Source of the DNA: Eledone cirrhosa
Taxonomy: Eukaryota
Direction: 5' to 3'
Assembly: GCA_964016885.1 (NCBI GenBank)
Contig: OZ024742.1
Span: 370,512,001 to 370,576,000, forward strand
Length of the DNA: 64,000 bases
Position numbers and translations under genes: made by a program
Shown here: in pieces, positions 40,801-55,800 of the stretch
Numbering within the stretch: the stretch's first letter is position 1
Layout of the letters: each line of letters starts with the position of its first letter
Notes under the pieces: generated by a model
Told to the model about the DNA's origin: nothing
What the model saw: only the letters and a program-made list of their open reading frames with translations
Databases searched by the model: none

Positions 40801-43800
40801 TATAGGTGTCATAAGAAAAAGCACACAGCCCACACTGTAAAGTAGTCATGTTGGTGTATGACAAAAAGCACCCAGTCCACACTGTAAAGTGGTTATGTAG
40901 GTGTCACAATAAAAAGCACCCAGTCCACACTGTAAAGTAGTCGTGTAGGTGTCATGACAAAAAGCACCTATTCCACACTGTAAAGTGATCATGTAGGTGT
41001 CACGATAAAAATACCGTCCACACTGTAAACTGATCATGTAGGTTTCACAATAAAAAGAAGCAAGTCCACACAGTAAAGTTGTCAGGTAGGTGTCAGGACA
41101 AAAAGTACCCAGTCCACACTGTAAAGTGGTGTGTAGGTGTCACAATAAAAGGCATCCTGTCCACACTGTAAAGTAGTCGTGTAGGTGTCATGACAAAAAG
41201 CACCCAGTCCACACTGTAAAGTGATCATGTAGGTGTCACAATAAAAATACCCAGTCCACACTCTAAAGTGATCATGTAGGTTTCACAATAAAAAGCACCC
41301 AGTCCACACAGTAAAGTGGCGATGTAGGTGTCATAAGAAAAAGCACTCAGTCCCCACTGTAAAGTGGTCATATCAGTGTCACCATCAAAAGCACCCAGCC
41401 CACAGTGTAAAGTGATCATGTAGGTGTCACAATAAAAAGCACCCAGTCCCCACTGTAAAGTCGTAATGTAGGTGTCACAATAAAAAGCACCGAGTCCACA
41501 CTGGTCATGTAGGTGCCACAATCAAAAGTACCCAGCCCACACTGTAAAGTGGTCATGTAGGTGTCATAAGAAAAAGCACCCAGTCCGCACTGTAAAGTGG
41601 TCATATCAGTGTCACCAACAAAAGTACCCAGTCCACTCTGTGAAGTGGTCATGTTAGTGTCACAATAAAAAGCACCCAGCCCACAGTGTAAAGTGATCAT
41701 GTATGTGTCACAATAAAAAGCACCCAGTCCACACTGTAAAGTATTTGTGTAGGTGTCACAATAAAATGTGCCCAGTCCACACTGTAAAGTGGTCATGCAG
41801 GTGTCACAATAAAAGTACCCAGTTCCACACTGTTAAGTGGCCATATAGGTGTCATAAGAAAAAGCAGCCAGTCCACACTGTAAAGTAGTCGTGTAGGTGT
41901 CATGACAAAAAGCAGCCAGTCCACACCGTAAAGTGATCTTGTAGGTGTCACAATAAAAATACCCAGTCCACACTGTAATGTGGTCATGTAGGTGTTACAA
42001 CAAAAATACACAGTCTACACTGTAAAGTGGTCATGTAGGTGTCACAACAAAAAGTTCCCTGTCCACACTGTAAAGTGGTTATGTAGGTGTCATGACAAAA
42101 CGTACCCAGTCCACACTGTAAAGTAGCATGTAGGTGACACAATAAAAAGTAGCCAGTACACACAGTAAAGTAGTCAGGTAGGTGTCACAATAAAATGTGC
42201 CCAGTCCACACTGTAAAGAGGTCATGTAGGTGTCACAACAAAAAGTACCCAGTCGACACTATAAAGTGGTCATGTAGGTGTCACAATAAAAAGCCCCCAG
42301 TCCACACTGTAAAGTGGTTATGTAGGTGTCATGACAAAAAGTACCCAGTCCACACTGTAAAGTAGCATGTAGGTGACACAATAAAAAGCACCCATCCATA
42401 TCGTAAAGTGGTCATGTAGGTGACACAATAAAAAGCACCCAGTCCTCACTGTAAAGTGGTCATGTAGGTGTCAGAATAGAAAGTGCCCAGTCGACACTGT
42501 AAAGTGGTCATGTAGGTGTCACAATAAAATTTCCCAGTCCACACTGTAAAGTCGTAATGTAGGTGTCACAATAAAAAGCACCGAGTCCACACTGGTCATG
42601 TAGGTGTCACAATCAAAAGTACCCAGCCCACACTGTAAAGTGGTCATGTAGGTGTCATAAGAAAAAGCACCCAGTCCGCACTGTAAAGTGGTCATATCAG
42701 TGTCACCAACAAAAGTACCCAGTCCACACTGTGAAGTGGTCATGTTAGTGTCACAATAAAAAGCACCCAGCCCACAGTGTAAAGTGATCATGTATGTGTC
42801 ACAATAAAAAGCACCCAGTCCACACTGTAAAGTATTTGTATAGGTGTCACAATAAAATGTGCCCAGTCCACACTGTAAAGTGGTCATGCAGGTGTCACAA
42901 TAAAAGTACCCAGTTCCACACTGTTAAGTGGCCATATAGGTGTCATAAGAAAAAGCACCCAGTCCACACTGTAAAGTAGTTGTGTAGGTGTCATGACAAA
43001 AAGCACCCAGTCCACACTGTAAAGTGGTCATGTAGGTGTCACAATAAAAAGCACCCAGTCAACACTGTAAAGTAGTCGTGTAGGTGTCATGACAAAAATC
43101 ACCCAGTCCACACTGTAAAGTGATCATGTAGGTGTCACACTAAAAATACCCAATCCACACTGTAAAATGATCATGTAGGTGGCACAATAAAAATACCCAG
43201 TCCACACTGTAACGTGGTCATGTAGATGTGATGACAGAAAGTATCCAGTCCATACTATAAAGTGGTCTTGTACTTGTCACAATAAAAAGCACTCAGTCCA
43301 TACTGTAAAGTGGTCATGTAAGTGTCACGACAAAAACTACCCAGTCCACACTGTAAAGTGATCATGTAGGTGTCACAATAAAAAGCACCCAGTCCACAGT
43401 GTAAAGTGGTCATGTAGGTGTCACAATAAAAAATAACCACTCCACACTGTAAAGTAGTCATGTAGATGTCACAATAAAAACTAGCCAGTCCACACAGTAA
43501 AGTAGTCATGTAGGTGTCAATAAAATGTGCCCAGTCCACACTGTAAAGAGGTCATGTAGGTGTCACAACAATAAGTACCCAGTCGATACTGTAAAGTGGT
43601 CATGTAGGTGTCACAATAAAAAGCGCCCAGTCCACACTGTAAAGAGGTTATGTAGGTGTCATGACAAAAAGCACCCAGTCCACACTGTAAAGTGATCTTG
43701 TAGGTGTCACAATAAAAACATCTAGTCCACACTGTAAAGTGGTCATGTAGGTGTCACGACAAAAATACCCAGTCCACACTGTAAAGTGGTCATGTAGGTG

Positions 43801-46800
43801 TCACAATAAAAAGTTCCCAGTCCACACTGTAAAGTGGTAATGTAGGTGTCAGAATAAAAAGCACCGAGTCCACACTGTAAACTGGTCATGTAGGTGTCAC
43901 AATCAAAAGTACCCAGCCCACACTGTAAAGGGGTCAGGTAGGTGTCACAATAAAAACTACCCAGCCCACACTGTGAAGTGGTCATGTAGGTGTCACAATA
44001 AAAAGCACCCAGACCACACAGTAAAGTGGCCATGTAGCTGTTATAAGAAAAAGCACCCAGTCCACATTGTAAAGTGGTCATATCAGTTTCACCAACAAAA
44101 GTACCCAGTCCACACGTAAAGTGGTCATGTCGGTGTCACAATCAAAAGTACCCAGTCCACACTGTAAAGTGGTCATGTAGGTGTCACAATAAAAGTACCC
44201 AGTCCACACAGTTAAGTGCCCATATAGGTGTCATAATAAAAAGCACCCAGTCCACACTGTAAAGTTGTCAGGTAGGTGTCAGGACAAAAAGTACCCAGTC
44301 CACACTGTAAAATGATCATGTAGGTTTCACAATAAAAAGCACCCAGTCCACACTGTAAAGTGGTCATGTAGGTGTCACAATAAAAAGTACCCAGTCCACA
44401 CTGTAACGTGGTCATGTAGATGTCATGACAGAAAGTATCCAGTCCATACTGTAAAGTGGTCTTGTACGTGTCACAATAAAAAGCACTCATTCCATAGTGT
44501 AAAGTGGTCATTTAAGTGTCACGACAAAAACTACCCAGTCCACACTGTAAAGTGGTCATGTAGGTGTCATGAGAAAAAGCACCCAGTCCACAGTGTAAAG
44601 TGGTCATGTAGGTGTCACAATAAAAAATACCCAGTCCACACTGTAAAGTAGTCATGTACATGTCACGATAAAAAGTAGCCAGTCCACACAGTAAAGTAGT
44701 CATGTAGGTGTAACAATAAAATGTGCCCAGTCCACACTGTAAAGAGGTCATGTAGGTGTCACAACAAAAAGTACCCAGTCAACACTGTAAAGTAGTCGTG
44801 TAGGTGTCATGACAAAAAGCACCCAGTCCACACTGTAAAGTGATCTTGTAGGTGTCACAATAAAAAGCACCCAGTCCACACTGTAAAGTGGTCATGTAAG
44901 TGTCACGACAAAAATACCCAGTCCACACTGTAAAGTGGTCATGTAGGTGTCACAATAAAATTTCCCAGTCCACACTGTAAAGTGGTAATGTAGGTGTCAC
45001 AATAAAAAGCACCGAGTCCACACTGTAAACTGGTCATGTAGGTGTCAAAATCAAAAGTACCCAGCACACACTGTAAAGTGGTCATGTAGGTGTCACAATA
45101 AAAACTACCCAGTCCACACTGTGAAGTGGTCATGTAGGTGTCACAATAAAAAGCACCCAGTCCACACAGTAAAGTGGCCATGTAGGTGTCATAAGAAAAA
45201 GCACTCAGTCCACACTGTAAAGTGGTCATATCAGTGTCACCAACAAAACTACCCAGTCCACACTGTGAAGTGGTCATGTTGGTGTCACAATAAAAAGCAC
45301 CCAGCCCACAGTGTAAAGTGTTCAAGTATGTGTCACAATAAAAAGCACCCAGTCCACACTGTAAAGTATTTGTGTAGGTGTCACAATAAAATGTGCCCAG
45401 TCCCGACTTTAAAATGGTCATGTAGGTGTCACACTAAAAGTACCCAGTTCCACACTGTTAAGTGGCCATATAGGTGTCATAAGAAAAAGCACCCAGTCCA
45501 CACTGTAAAGTAGTCGTGTAGGTGTCATGACAAAAAGCACCCACTCCACACTGTAAAGTGGTCATGTAGGTGTCACAATAAAAAGCACCCAGTCCACACT
45601 GTAAAGTAGTCATGTAGGTGTCATGACAAAAAGCACCTAGTCCACACTGTAAAGTGATCATGTAGGTGTCACACTAAAAATACCCAGTTCACACTGTAAA
45701 GTGATCATGTAAGTTTCACAATAAAAAGCACCCAGTCCACACTGTAATGTTGTCAGGTAGGTGTCACGATAAAAAGTACCCAGTCCACACTGTAAAGTGG
45801 TGTGTAGGTTTCACAATAAAAAGCACCCAGTCCACACTGTAAAGTAGTCGTGTAGGTGTCATGACAAAAAGCACCCAGTCCACACTGTAAAATGATCATG
45901 TAGGTGTCACAATAAAAATACCCAGTCCACACTGTAAAGTGAACATGTATGTTTCACAATGAAAAGCACTCAGTCCACACTGTAAAGTGTTCATGTAGGT
46001 GTCACAATAAAAAGTACCCAGTCCACACTGTAACGTGGTCATGTAGATGTCATGACAGAAAGTATCCAGTCCATACTGTAAAGTGGTCTTGTACGTGTCA
46101 CAATAAAAAGCACTCAGTCCATACTGTAAAGTGGTCATGTAAGTGTCACGACAAAAACTACCCAGTCCACACTGTAAAGTGATCATGTAGGTGTCACAAT
46201 AAAAAGCACCCAGTCCAAAGTGTAAAGTGGTCATGTAGGTGTCACAATAAAAAATACCCAGTCCACACTGTAAAGTAGTCATATAGATGTCACAATAAAA
46301 ACTAGCCAGTCCACACAGTAAAGTAGTCATGTAGGTGTCACAATAAAAAGCCCCCAGTCCACAGTGTAAAGTGGTCATGTAGGTGTCACAATAAAAAATA
46401 CCCAGTCCACACTGTAAAGTAGTCATATAGATGTCACAATAAAAACTAGCCAGTCCACACAGTAAAGTGGTCATGTAGGTGTCACAATAAAAAGCGCCCA
46501 GTCCACACTGTAAAGTGGTTACGTAGGTGTCATGACAAAAAGCACCCAGTCCACACTGTAAAGTGATCTTGTAGGTATCACAATAAAAATACCCAGTCCA
46601 CACTGTAAAGTGGTCACGACAAAAATACCCAGTCCACACTGTAAAATGGTCATGTAGGTGTCACAATCAAAAGTACCCAGTCCACACTGTAACGTGGTCA
46701 TGTAGATGTCATGACAGAAAGTATCCAGTCCATACTGTAAAGTGGTCATGTAAGTGTCACGACAAAAACTACCCAGTCCACACTGTAAAGTGGTCATGTA

Positions 46801-49800
46801 GGTGTCACAATAAAAAGCACTCAGTCCACAGTGTAAAGTGGTCATGTAGGTGTCCCAATATAAAATACCCTGTCCACACTGTAAAGTAGTCATGTAGATG
46901 TCACAATAAAAAGTACCCAGTCCACACAGTAAAGTAGTCATGTAGGTGTCACGATAAAATGTGCCCAGTCCACACTGTAAAGAGGTCATGTAGGTGTCAC
47001 AACAAAAAGTACCCAGTCGACACTGTAAAGTGATCATGAAGGTGTCACAATAAAAGTACCCAGTCCACACTTTTTATAGGCCATATAGGTGTCATAAGAA
47101 AAAGCACACAGCCCAGATTGTAAAGTAGTCATGTAGGTGTCATGACAAAAAGCACCCATTCCACACAGTAAATTGGTCATGTAGGTGTCACAATAAAAAT
47201 CACCCAGTCCACACTGTAAAGTAGTCGTGTAGGTGTCATGACAAAAAGCACCCAGTCCACACTGCAAAGTGATCATGTAGGTGTCACAATAAAAATACCC
47301 AGTCCACACTGTAAAGTTATCCTGTAGGTTTCACAATAAAGAGCACCCAGTCCACACTGTAAAGATCTCAGGTAGGTGTCAGGACAAAAAGTACCCAGTC
47401 CACACTGTAAAGTTGTGTGTAGGTGTCACAATAAAAGGCACCCTGCCCACACTGTAAAGTAGTCGTTTAGGTGTCATGACAAAAAGCACCCAGTCCACAC
47501 CGTAAAGTGATCATGTAGGTGTCACAATAAAAATACCCAGTCCACACTGTGAAGTGATCATGTAGGTTTCACAATAAAAAGCACCCAGTCCACACAGTAA
47601 AGTGGCCATGTAGGTGTTATAAGAAAAAGCACCCATCCACATTGTAAAGTGGTCATATCAGTGTCACCAACAAAACTACCCAGTCCACACTGTGAAGTGG
47701 TCATGTTGGTGTCACAATAAAAAGCACCCAGTCCACACAGTAAAGTGGCCATGTAGGTGTCATAAGAAAAAGCACCCAGTCCACACTGTAAAGTGGTCAT
47801 ATCAGTGTCACCAACAAGAGTACCCAGTCCAAACTGTGAAGTGGTGATGTAGGTGTCACAATAAAAAGCACCCAGCCCACAGTGTTAAGTTATCATGTAT
47901 GTGTCACATTAAAAAGCACCCAGTCCACACTGTTACGTATTCGTGTAGGTGTCACAATAAAATGTGCCCAGTCCACACTGTAAAGAGGTCATATAGGTGT
48001 CACAACAAAAAGTACCCAGTTGACCCTGTAAAGTGGTCATGTAGGTGTCTCAATAAAAAGCGCCCAGTCCACACTGTAAAGTGGTCATGTAGGTGTCACA
48101 ATAAAAGTACCCAGTTCCACACTGTTAAGTGGCCATATAGGTGTCATAAGAAAAACGCCCAGTCCACACTGTAAAATGATTATGTATGTGTCACAATTAA
48201 AATACCCAGTCCACACTGTAAAGTGATCATGTAGGTTTCACAATAAAAAGCACCCAGTCCACACTGTAAAGTGGTCATGTAGGTGTCACAATAAAAAGTA
48301 CCCAGTCCACACTGTAACGTGGTCATGTAGATGTCATGACAGAAAGTATCCAGTCCATACTGTAAAGTGGTCATGTAAGTGTCACGACAAAAACTACCCA
48401 GTCCACACTGTAAAGTGGTCATGTAGGTGTCACAATAAAAAGCACTCAGTCCACAGTGTAAAGTGGTCATGTAGGTGTCCCAATATAAAATACCCTGTCC
48501 ACACTGTAAAGTAGTCATGTAGATGTCACAATAAAAAGTACCCAGTCCACACAGTAAAGTAGTCATGTAGGTGTCACGATAAAATGTGCCCAGTCCACAC
48601 TGTAAAGAGGTCATGTAGGTGTCACAACAAAAAGTACCCAGTCGACACTGTAAAGTGGTCATGTAGGTGTCACAATAAAAAGCGCCCAGTCCACACTGTA
48701 AAGTGGTTATGTAGGTGTCATGACAAAAAGTATCCAGTCCACACTGTAAAGTGGTCATGTAGGTGTAACAATAAAAAGCACCTATTCCACACTGTAAAGT
48801 GGTCATGTAGGTGTCACAATAAAAAGTACCCAGTCGACACTGTAAAGTGGTCATGTAGGTGTCACGACAAAAAGTACCCAGTCCACACTGTAAAGTGGTC
48901 ATGTAGATGTCAAAATAAAATGCACCCAGTCCACAATGTGAAGTGGTCATGTAGGTGTCATGACAAAAATCACCCAGTCCACACTGTAAAGTGGTCATGT
49001 AGGTGTCACAATAAAAAGCACCCAGTCCACACTGTAAAGTGGTCATGTCGGTGTCACAATCAAAAGTACCCAGTCCACACTGTAAAGTGGTCATGTAGGT
49101 GTCACAATAAAAGTACCCAGTCCACACTGTAAAGTAGTCATGTAGGTGTCACAATTAAAAGCACCCAGTCCACACTGTAAAGTAGTCGTGTAGGTGTCAT
49201 GACAAAAGGCACCCAGTCAACACTGTAAAATGATCATGTAGGTGTCACGATAAAAATACCCAATCCACACTGTAAAGTGGTCATGTAGGTGTCACAATAA
49301 AAAGCACTCAGTCTACACTGTAACGTGGTCATGTAGGTGTCAGAACAAAAAGTACCCAGTCCACACTGTAACGTGGTCATGTAGATGTCATGAGAGAAAG
49401 TATCCAGTCCATACTGTAAAGTGGTCTTGTACGTGTCACAATAAAAAGCACTCAGTCCATACTGTAAATTGGTCATGTAAGTGTCACGACAAAAACTACC
49501 CAGTCCACACTGTAAAGTGGTCATGTTGGTGTCACAATAAAAAGCACCCAGTCCACAGTGTAAAGTGGTCATGTAGGTGTCACAATAAAAAATACCCAGT
49601 CCACACTGTAAAGTGGCATGTAGGTGACACAATAAAAAGCACCCAGTCCACATTGTAAAGTGGTCATGTAGGTGACACAATAAAAAGTACCCATCCACAC
49701 TGTAAAGTGGTCATGTAGGTTTCACGACAAAAAGTTCCCAGTCCACACTGTAAAGTGGTCATGTAGGTGTCACAATAAAATGCACCCAGTCCACAATGTA

Positions 49801-52800
49801 AAGTGGTCATGTAGGTGTCACAATAAAATGCACCCAGTCCACAATGTGAAGTGGTCATGTAGGTGACATGACAAAAATCACCCAGTCCACACTGAAAAGT
49901 GATCATGTAGGTGTCACAATAAAAAGCACCCAGTCCACACTGTAAAGTGGCCATGTTGGTGTCATAAGAAAAAGCACCTAGTCCACACTGTAAAGTGGTC
50001 ATGTCGGTGTCACAATCAAATGTACACAGTCCACACTGTAAAGTGGTCTCGTAGGTGTCACAATAAAAGTACCCAGTATACACTGTAAAGTTATCATGTA
50101 GGTTTCACAATAAAAAGCACCCAGTCCACACTGTAAAGTGGTCATGTAGGTGTCACAATAAAAAGTATCCAGTCCACACTGTAACGTGGTCATGTAGATG
50201 TCATGACAGAAAGTATCCAGTCCTTACTGTAAAGTGGTCTTGTACGTGTCACAATAAAAAGCACTCTGTCCATACTGTAAAGTGGTCATGTAAGTGTCAC
50301 GACAAAAATTTACCCAGTCCACACTGTAAAGTGGTCATGTAGGTGTCACAATAAAAAGCACCCAGTCCACAGTGTAAAGTAGTCATGTAGGTGTCACAAT
50401 AAAAAATACCCAGTCCACACTTTAAAGTAGTCATGTAGATGACACAATAAAAAGTAGCCAGTCCACACAGTAAAGTAGACATGTAGCTGTCACAATAAAA
50501 TGTGCCCATTCCACACTGTAAAGAGGTCATGTAGGTGTCACAACAAAAAGTACCCAGTCGACACTATAAAGTGGTCATGTAGGTTTTACAATAAAAAGCG
50601 CCCAGTCCACATTGTAAAGTGGTTATGTAGGTGTCATGACAAAAATTTCCCAGTCCACACTGTAAAGTAGCATGTAGGTGACACAATAAAAAGCACCCAG
50701 TCCACATTGTAAAGTGGTCATGTAGGTGACACAATAAAAAGCACCTAGTCCACACTGTAAATTGGTCATGTAGGTGTCACAATAAAAAGTACCCAGTCCA
50801 CACTGTAAAGTGGTCATGTAGGTGTCACGACAAAAACTACCCAGTCCACACTGTAAAGTGGTCATTTAGGTGTCACAATAAAATGCACCCAGTCCACAAT
50901 GCGAAGTGGTCATGTAAGTGTCATGACAAAAATCACCCAGTCCACACTGTAAAGCGGTCATGTAGGTGTTCACAGTAAAAAGCACCCAGTCCACACTGTA
51001 AAGTAGTCGTGTAGGTGTCATGACAAAAAGCACCTAGTCCACACTGTAAAGTGATCTTGTAGGTGTCACAAAAAAAAGCACCCAGTCCACACTGTAAAGT
51101 GGTCAAGTAGGTGTCACGACAAAAATACCCTTGTAGGTGTCACAATAAAATTTCCCAGTCCACACTGTAAAGTGGTAATGTAGGTGTCACAATAAAAATC
51201 ACCGAGTCCACTCTGTAAACTGGTCATGTAGGTGTCACAATCAAAAGTACCCAGCCCACACTGTAAAGTGGTCATGTAGGTGTCACAAAAAAAACTAACC
51301 AGTCCACACTGTGAAGTGGTCATGTAGGTGTCACAATAAAAAGCACCCAGTCCACACAGTAAAGTGGCCATGTAGGTGTCATAAGAAAAAGCACCCAGTC
51401 CACACTGTAAAGTGGTCATATCAGTGTCACCAACAAAAGTACCCAGTCCACACTGTGAAGTGGTCAAGTTCGTGTCACAATAAAAAGCACCCAGCCCACA
51501 GTGTAAAGTGATCATGTATGTGTCACAAAAAAAAGCACCCAGTCCACACTGTAAAGTGGTCATGTAGGTGTCACGACAAACATACCCAGTCCACACTGTA
51601 ACGTGGTCATGTAGGTGTCACAATAAAATTTCCCAGTCCACACTGTAAAGTGGTAATGTAGGTGTCACAATAAAAATCACCGAGTCCACTCTGTAAACTG
51701 GTCATGTAGGTGTCACAATCAAAAGTACCCAGCCCACACTGTAAAGTGGTCATGTAGGTGTCACAATAAAAACTACCCAGTCCACACTGTGAAGTGGTCA
51801 TGTAGGTGTCACAATAAAAAGCACCCAGTCCACACAGTAAAGTGGCCATGTAGGTGTCATAAGAAAAAGTACCCAGTCCACACTGTAAAGTGGTCATATC
51901 AGTGTCACCAACAAAAGTACCCAGTCCACACTGTGAAGTGATCATGTATGTGTCACAATAAAAAGCACCCAGTCCACACTGTAAAGTATTTGTGTAGGTG
52001 TCACAATAAAATGTGCCCAGTCCACACTGTAAAGTGGTCATGTAGGTGTCACAATAAAAGTACCCAGTTCCACACTGTTAAGTGGCCATATAGGTGTCAT
52101 AAGAAAAAGAAACCAGTCCACACTGTAAAGTAGTCGTGTAGGTGTCATGACAAAAAAGCACCCAGTCCACACTGTAAAGTGGTCATGTAGGTGTCACAAT
52201 AAAAAGCACCCAGTCCACACTGTAAAGTAGTCGTGTAGGTGTCATGACAAAAAGGACCCAGTCCACACAGTAAAGTGATCATGTAGGTTTCACAATTAAA
52301 AGCACCCAGTCCACATGGTAAAGTATTTGTGTAGGTGTCACAATAAAATGTGCCCAGTTCACACTGTAAAGTGGTCATGTAGGTGTCACAATAAAAGTAC
52401 CCAGTTCCACACTGTTAAGTGGCCATATAGGTATCATAAGAAAAAGCACCCAGTCCACACTGTGAAGTAGTCCTGTAGGTATCATGACAAAAAGCACCCA
52501 GTCCACACTGTAAAGTGATCATGTAGGTTTCACAATAAAAAGCACCCAGTCCACACTATAAAGTTGTCAGGTAGGTGTCACGACAAAAAGTACCCACTCC
52601 ACACAGAAAAGTGGTTTGTAGGTTTCACAATAAAAAGCACCCAGTCCACACTGTAAAGTAGTCGTGTAGGTGTCACGACAAAAAGCACCCAGTCCACACT
52701 GTAAAGTGATCATGTAGGTTTCACAATAAAAAGCACCCAGTCCACACTGTAAAGTGGTCATGTAGATGTCACAATTAAAAGTACCCAGTCCAAACTGTAA

Positions 52801-55800
52801 AGTAGTCATGTAGATGTCACAATAAAAAGTAGCCAGTCCACACAGTAAAGTAGTCATGTAGCTGTCACAATAAAATGTGCCCAGTCCACACTGTAACATG
52901 GTCATGTAGATGTCATGACAGAAAGTATCCAGTCCATACTGTAAAGTGGTCTTGTACGTGTCACAATAAAAAGAACTCAGTCCATACTGTAAAGTGGTCA
53001 TGTAAGTGTCACGACAAAAACTACCCAGTCCACACTGTAAAGTGGTCATGTAGGTGTCACAATAAAATATACCCAGTCCACACTGTAAAGTAGTCATGTA
53101 GATGTCACAATAAAAAGTATCCAGTCCACATAGTAAAGTAGTCATGTAGCTGTCACAATAAAATGCACCCAGTCCACACTGTAAAGAGGTCATGTAGGTG
53201 TCACAACAAAAAGTACCCAGTCGACACTATAAAGTGGTCATATAGGTGTCACAATAAAAAGCGCCCAGTCCACACTGTAAAATGGTTATGTAGGTGTCAT
53301 GACAAAAAGTACCCAGTCCACACTGTAAAGTAGCATGTAGGTGACACAATAAAAAGCACCCAGTCCACATTGTAAAGTGGTCATGTAGATGACACAATAA
53401 AAAGCACCCAGTCCTCACTGTAAAGTGGTCATGTAGGAGTCACGATAAAAAGCACCTAGCCCACACTGTAAATTGGTCATGTAGGTGTCACAATAAAATG
53501 CACCCAGTCCACAATGTGAAGTGGTCATGTAGGTGTCACGATAAAATGCACCCGGTCCACAATGAGAAGTAGTCATGTAGGTGTCATGACAAAAATCACC
53601 CAGTCCACACTGTAAAGCGGTCATGTAGGTGTCACAATAAAAAGCACCCAGTCCACACTGTAAAGCGGTCATGTAGGTGTCACAATAAAAAACACCCAGT
53701 CCACACTGTAAAGTAGTCGTGGAGGCGTCATGACAAAAAGCACCCACTCCACACGGTAAAGTGATCTTGTAGGTGTCACAATTAAAAGCACCCAGTCTAC
53801 ACTGTAAAGTGGTCATGTAGGTGTCACGACAAAAATACCCAGTCCACACTGTAAAGTGATCATGTAGGTGTCACAATAAAAAGCACCCAGTCCACACTGT
53901 AAAGTATTTGTGTAGGTGTCACAATAAAACGTGCCCAGTCCACAATGTAAAGTGGTCATGTAGGTGTCACAATAAAAGGCACCCAGTCCACACTGTAAAG
54001 TAGTCCTGCAGGTATCATGACAAAAAGCAGCCAGTCCACACTGTAAAGTGATCATGTAGGTTTCACAATAAAAAGCACCCAGTCCACACTGTAAAGTTGT
54101 CAGGTAGGTGTCACGACAAAAAGTACCCAGTCCACACTGTAAGGTAGTCGTGTAGGTGTCATGACAAAAAGCACCCAGTCCACACTGTAAAGTGGACATA
54201 TAGGTGTCATAAGAAAAGGCACCCAGTCCACACTGTAAAGTAGTCCTGCAGGTATCATGACAAAAAGCAGCCAGTCCACACTGTAAAGTGATCATGTAGG
54301 TTTCACAATAAAAAGCACCCAGTCCACACTGTAAAGTTGTCAGGTAGGTGTCACGACAAAAAGTACCCAGTCCACACTGTAAAGTGATTTTTAGGTTTCA
54401 CAATAAAAAGCACCCAGTCCACACTGTAAAGTAGTCGTGTAGGTGTCACGACAAAAAGCACCCAGTCCACACTGTAACATGATTATGTAGGTGTCATAAT
54501 AAAAATACCCAGTCCACACTGTAAAGTGATCATGTAGGTTTCACAATAAAAAGCACCCAGTCCACACTGTAAAGTGGTCATGTAGGTGTCACAATAAAAA
54601 GTACCCAGTCCACACTATAACGTGGTCATGTAAGTGTCACGACAAAAAGTACCCAGTCCACACTGTAAAGTGGTCATTTAGGTGTCACAATAAAAAGCAC
54701 CCAGTCCACACTGTAAAGAGGTCATGTAGGTGTCACAACAAAAAGTACCCAGTGGACACTATAATGTGGTCATGTAGGTGTCACAATAAAAAGCGCCCAG
54801 TCCACACTGTAAAATGGTTATGTAGGTGTCATGACAAAAAGTACCCAGTCCACACTGTAGAGTAGCATGTAAGTGACACAATAAAAAGCACCCAGTCTAC
54901 ATTGTAAAGTGGTCATGTAGGTGACACAATAAAAAGCACCCAGTCCTCACTATAAAGTGGTCATGTAGGAGTCACAATAAAAAGCACCTAGCCCACACGG
55001 TAAATTGGTCATGTAGGTGTCACAATAAAAAGTACCCAGTTCACACTGTAAAGTGGTCATGTAGGTGTCACGACAAAATGTACAAAGTCCACATTGTAAA
55101 GTGGTCATGTAGGTGTCACAATAAAATGCACCCAGCCCACAATGTGAAGTGGTCATGTAGGTGTCATGACAAAAATCACCCAGTCCACACTGTAAAGCGG
55201 TCATGTAGGTATCACAATAAAAAGCACCCAGTCCACAGTGTAAAGTAGTCGTGTAGGTGTCATGACAAAAAGCACCCACTCCACACTGTAAAGTGGTCAT
55301 GTAGGTGTCACAATAAAATTTCCCAGTCCACACTGTAAACTGGTCATGTAGGTGTCACAATCAAAAGTACCCAGCCCACACTGTAAAGTGGTCATGTAGG
55401 TGTCACAATAAAAAGTACCCAGTCCACACTGTAAAGTGGTCATGTAGGTGTCACAATAAAAAGCACCCAGTCCACACAGTAAAGTGGCCATGTAGGTGTC
55501 ATAAGAAAAAGCACCCAGTCCACACTGTAAAGTGGTCATATCAGTGTCACCAACAAGAGTACCCAGTCCAAACTGTGAAGTGGTGATGTAGGTGTCACAA
55601 TAAAAAGCACCCAGCCCACAGTGTAAAGTGATCATGTATGTGTCACAATAAAAGCACCCAGTCCACACTGTAAAGTATTTGTATAGGTGTCACAATAAAA
55701 TGTGTCCAGTCCACACTGTAAAGAGGTCATGTAGGTTTCACAACAAAAAGTACCCAGTCGACACTGTAAAGTGGTCATGTAGGTGTCACAATAAAATTTC

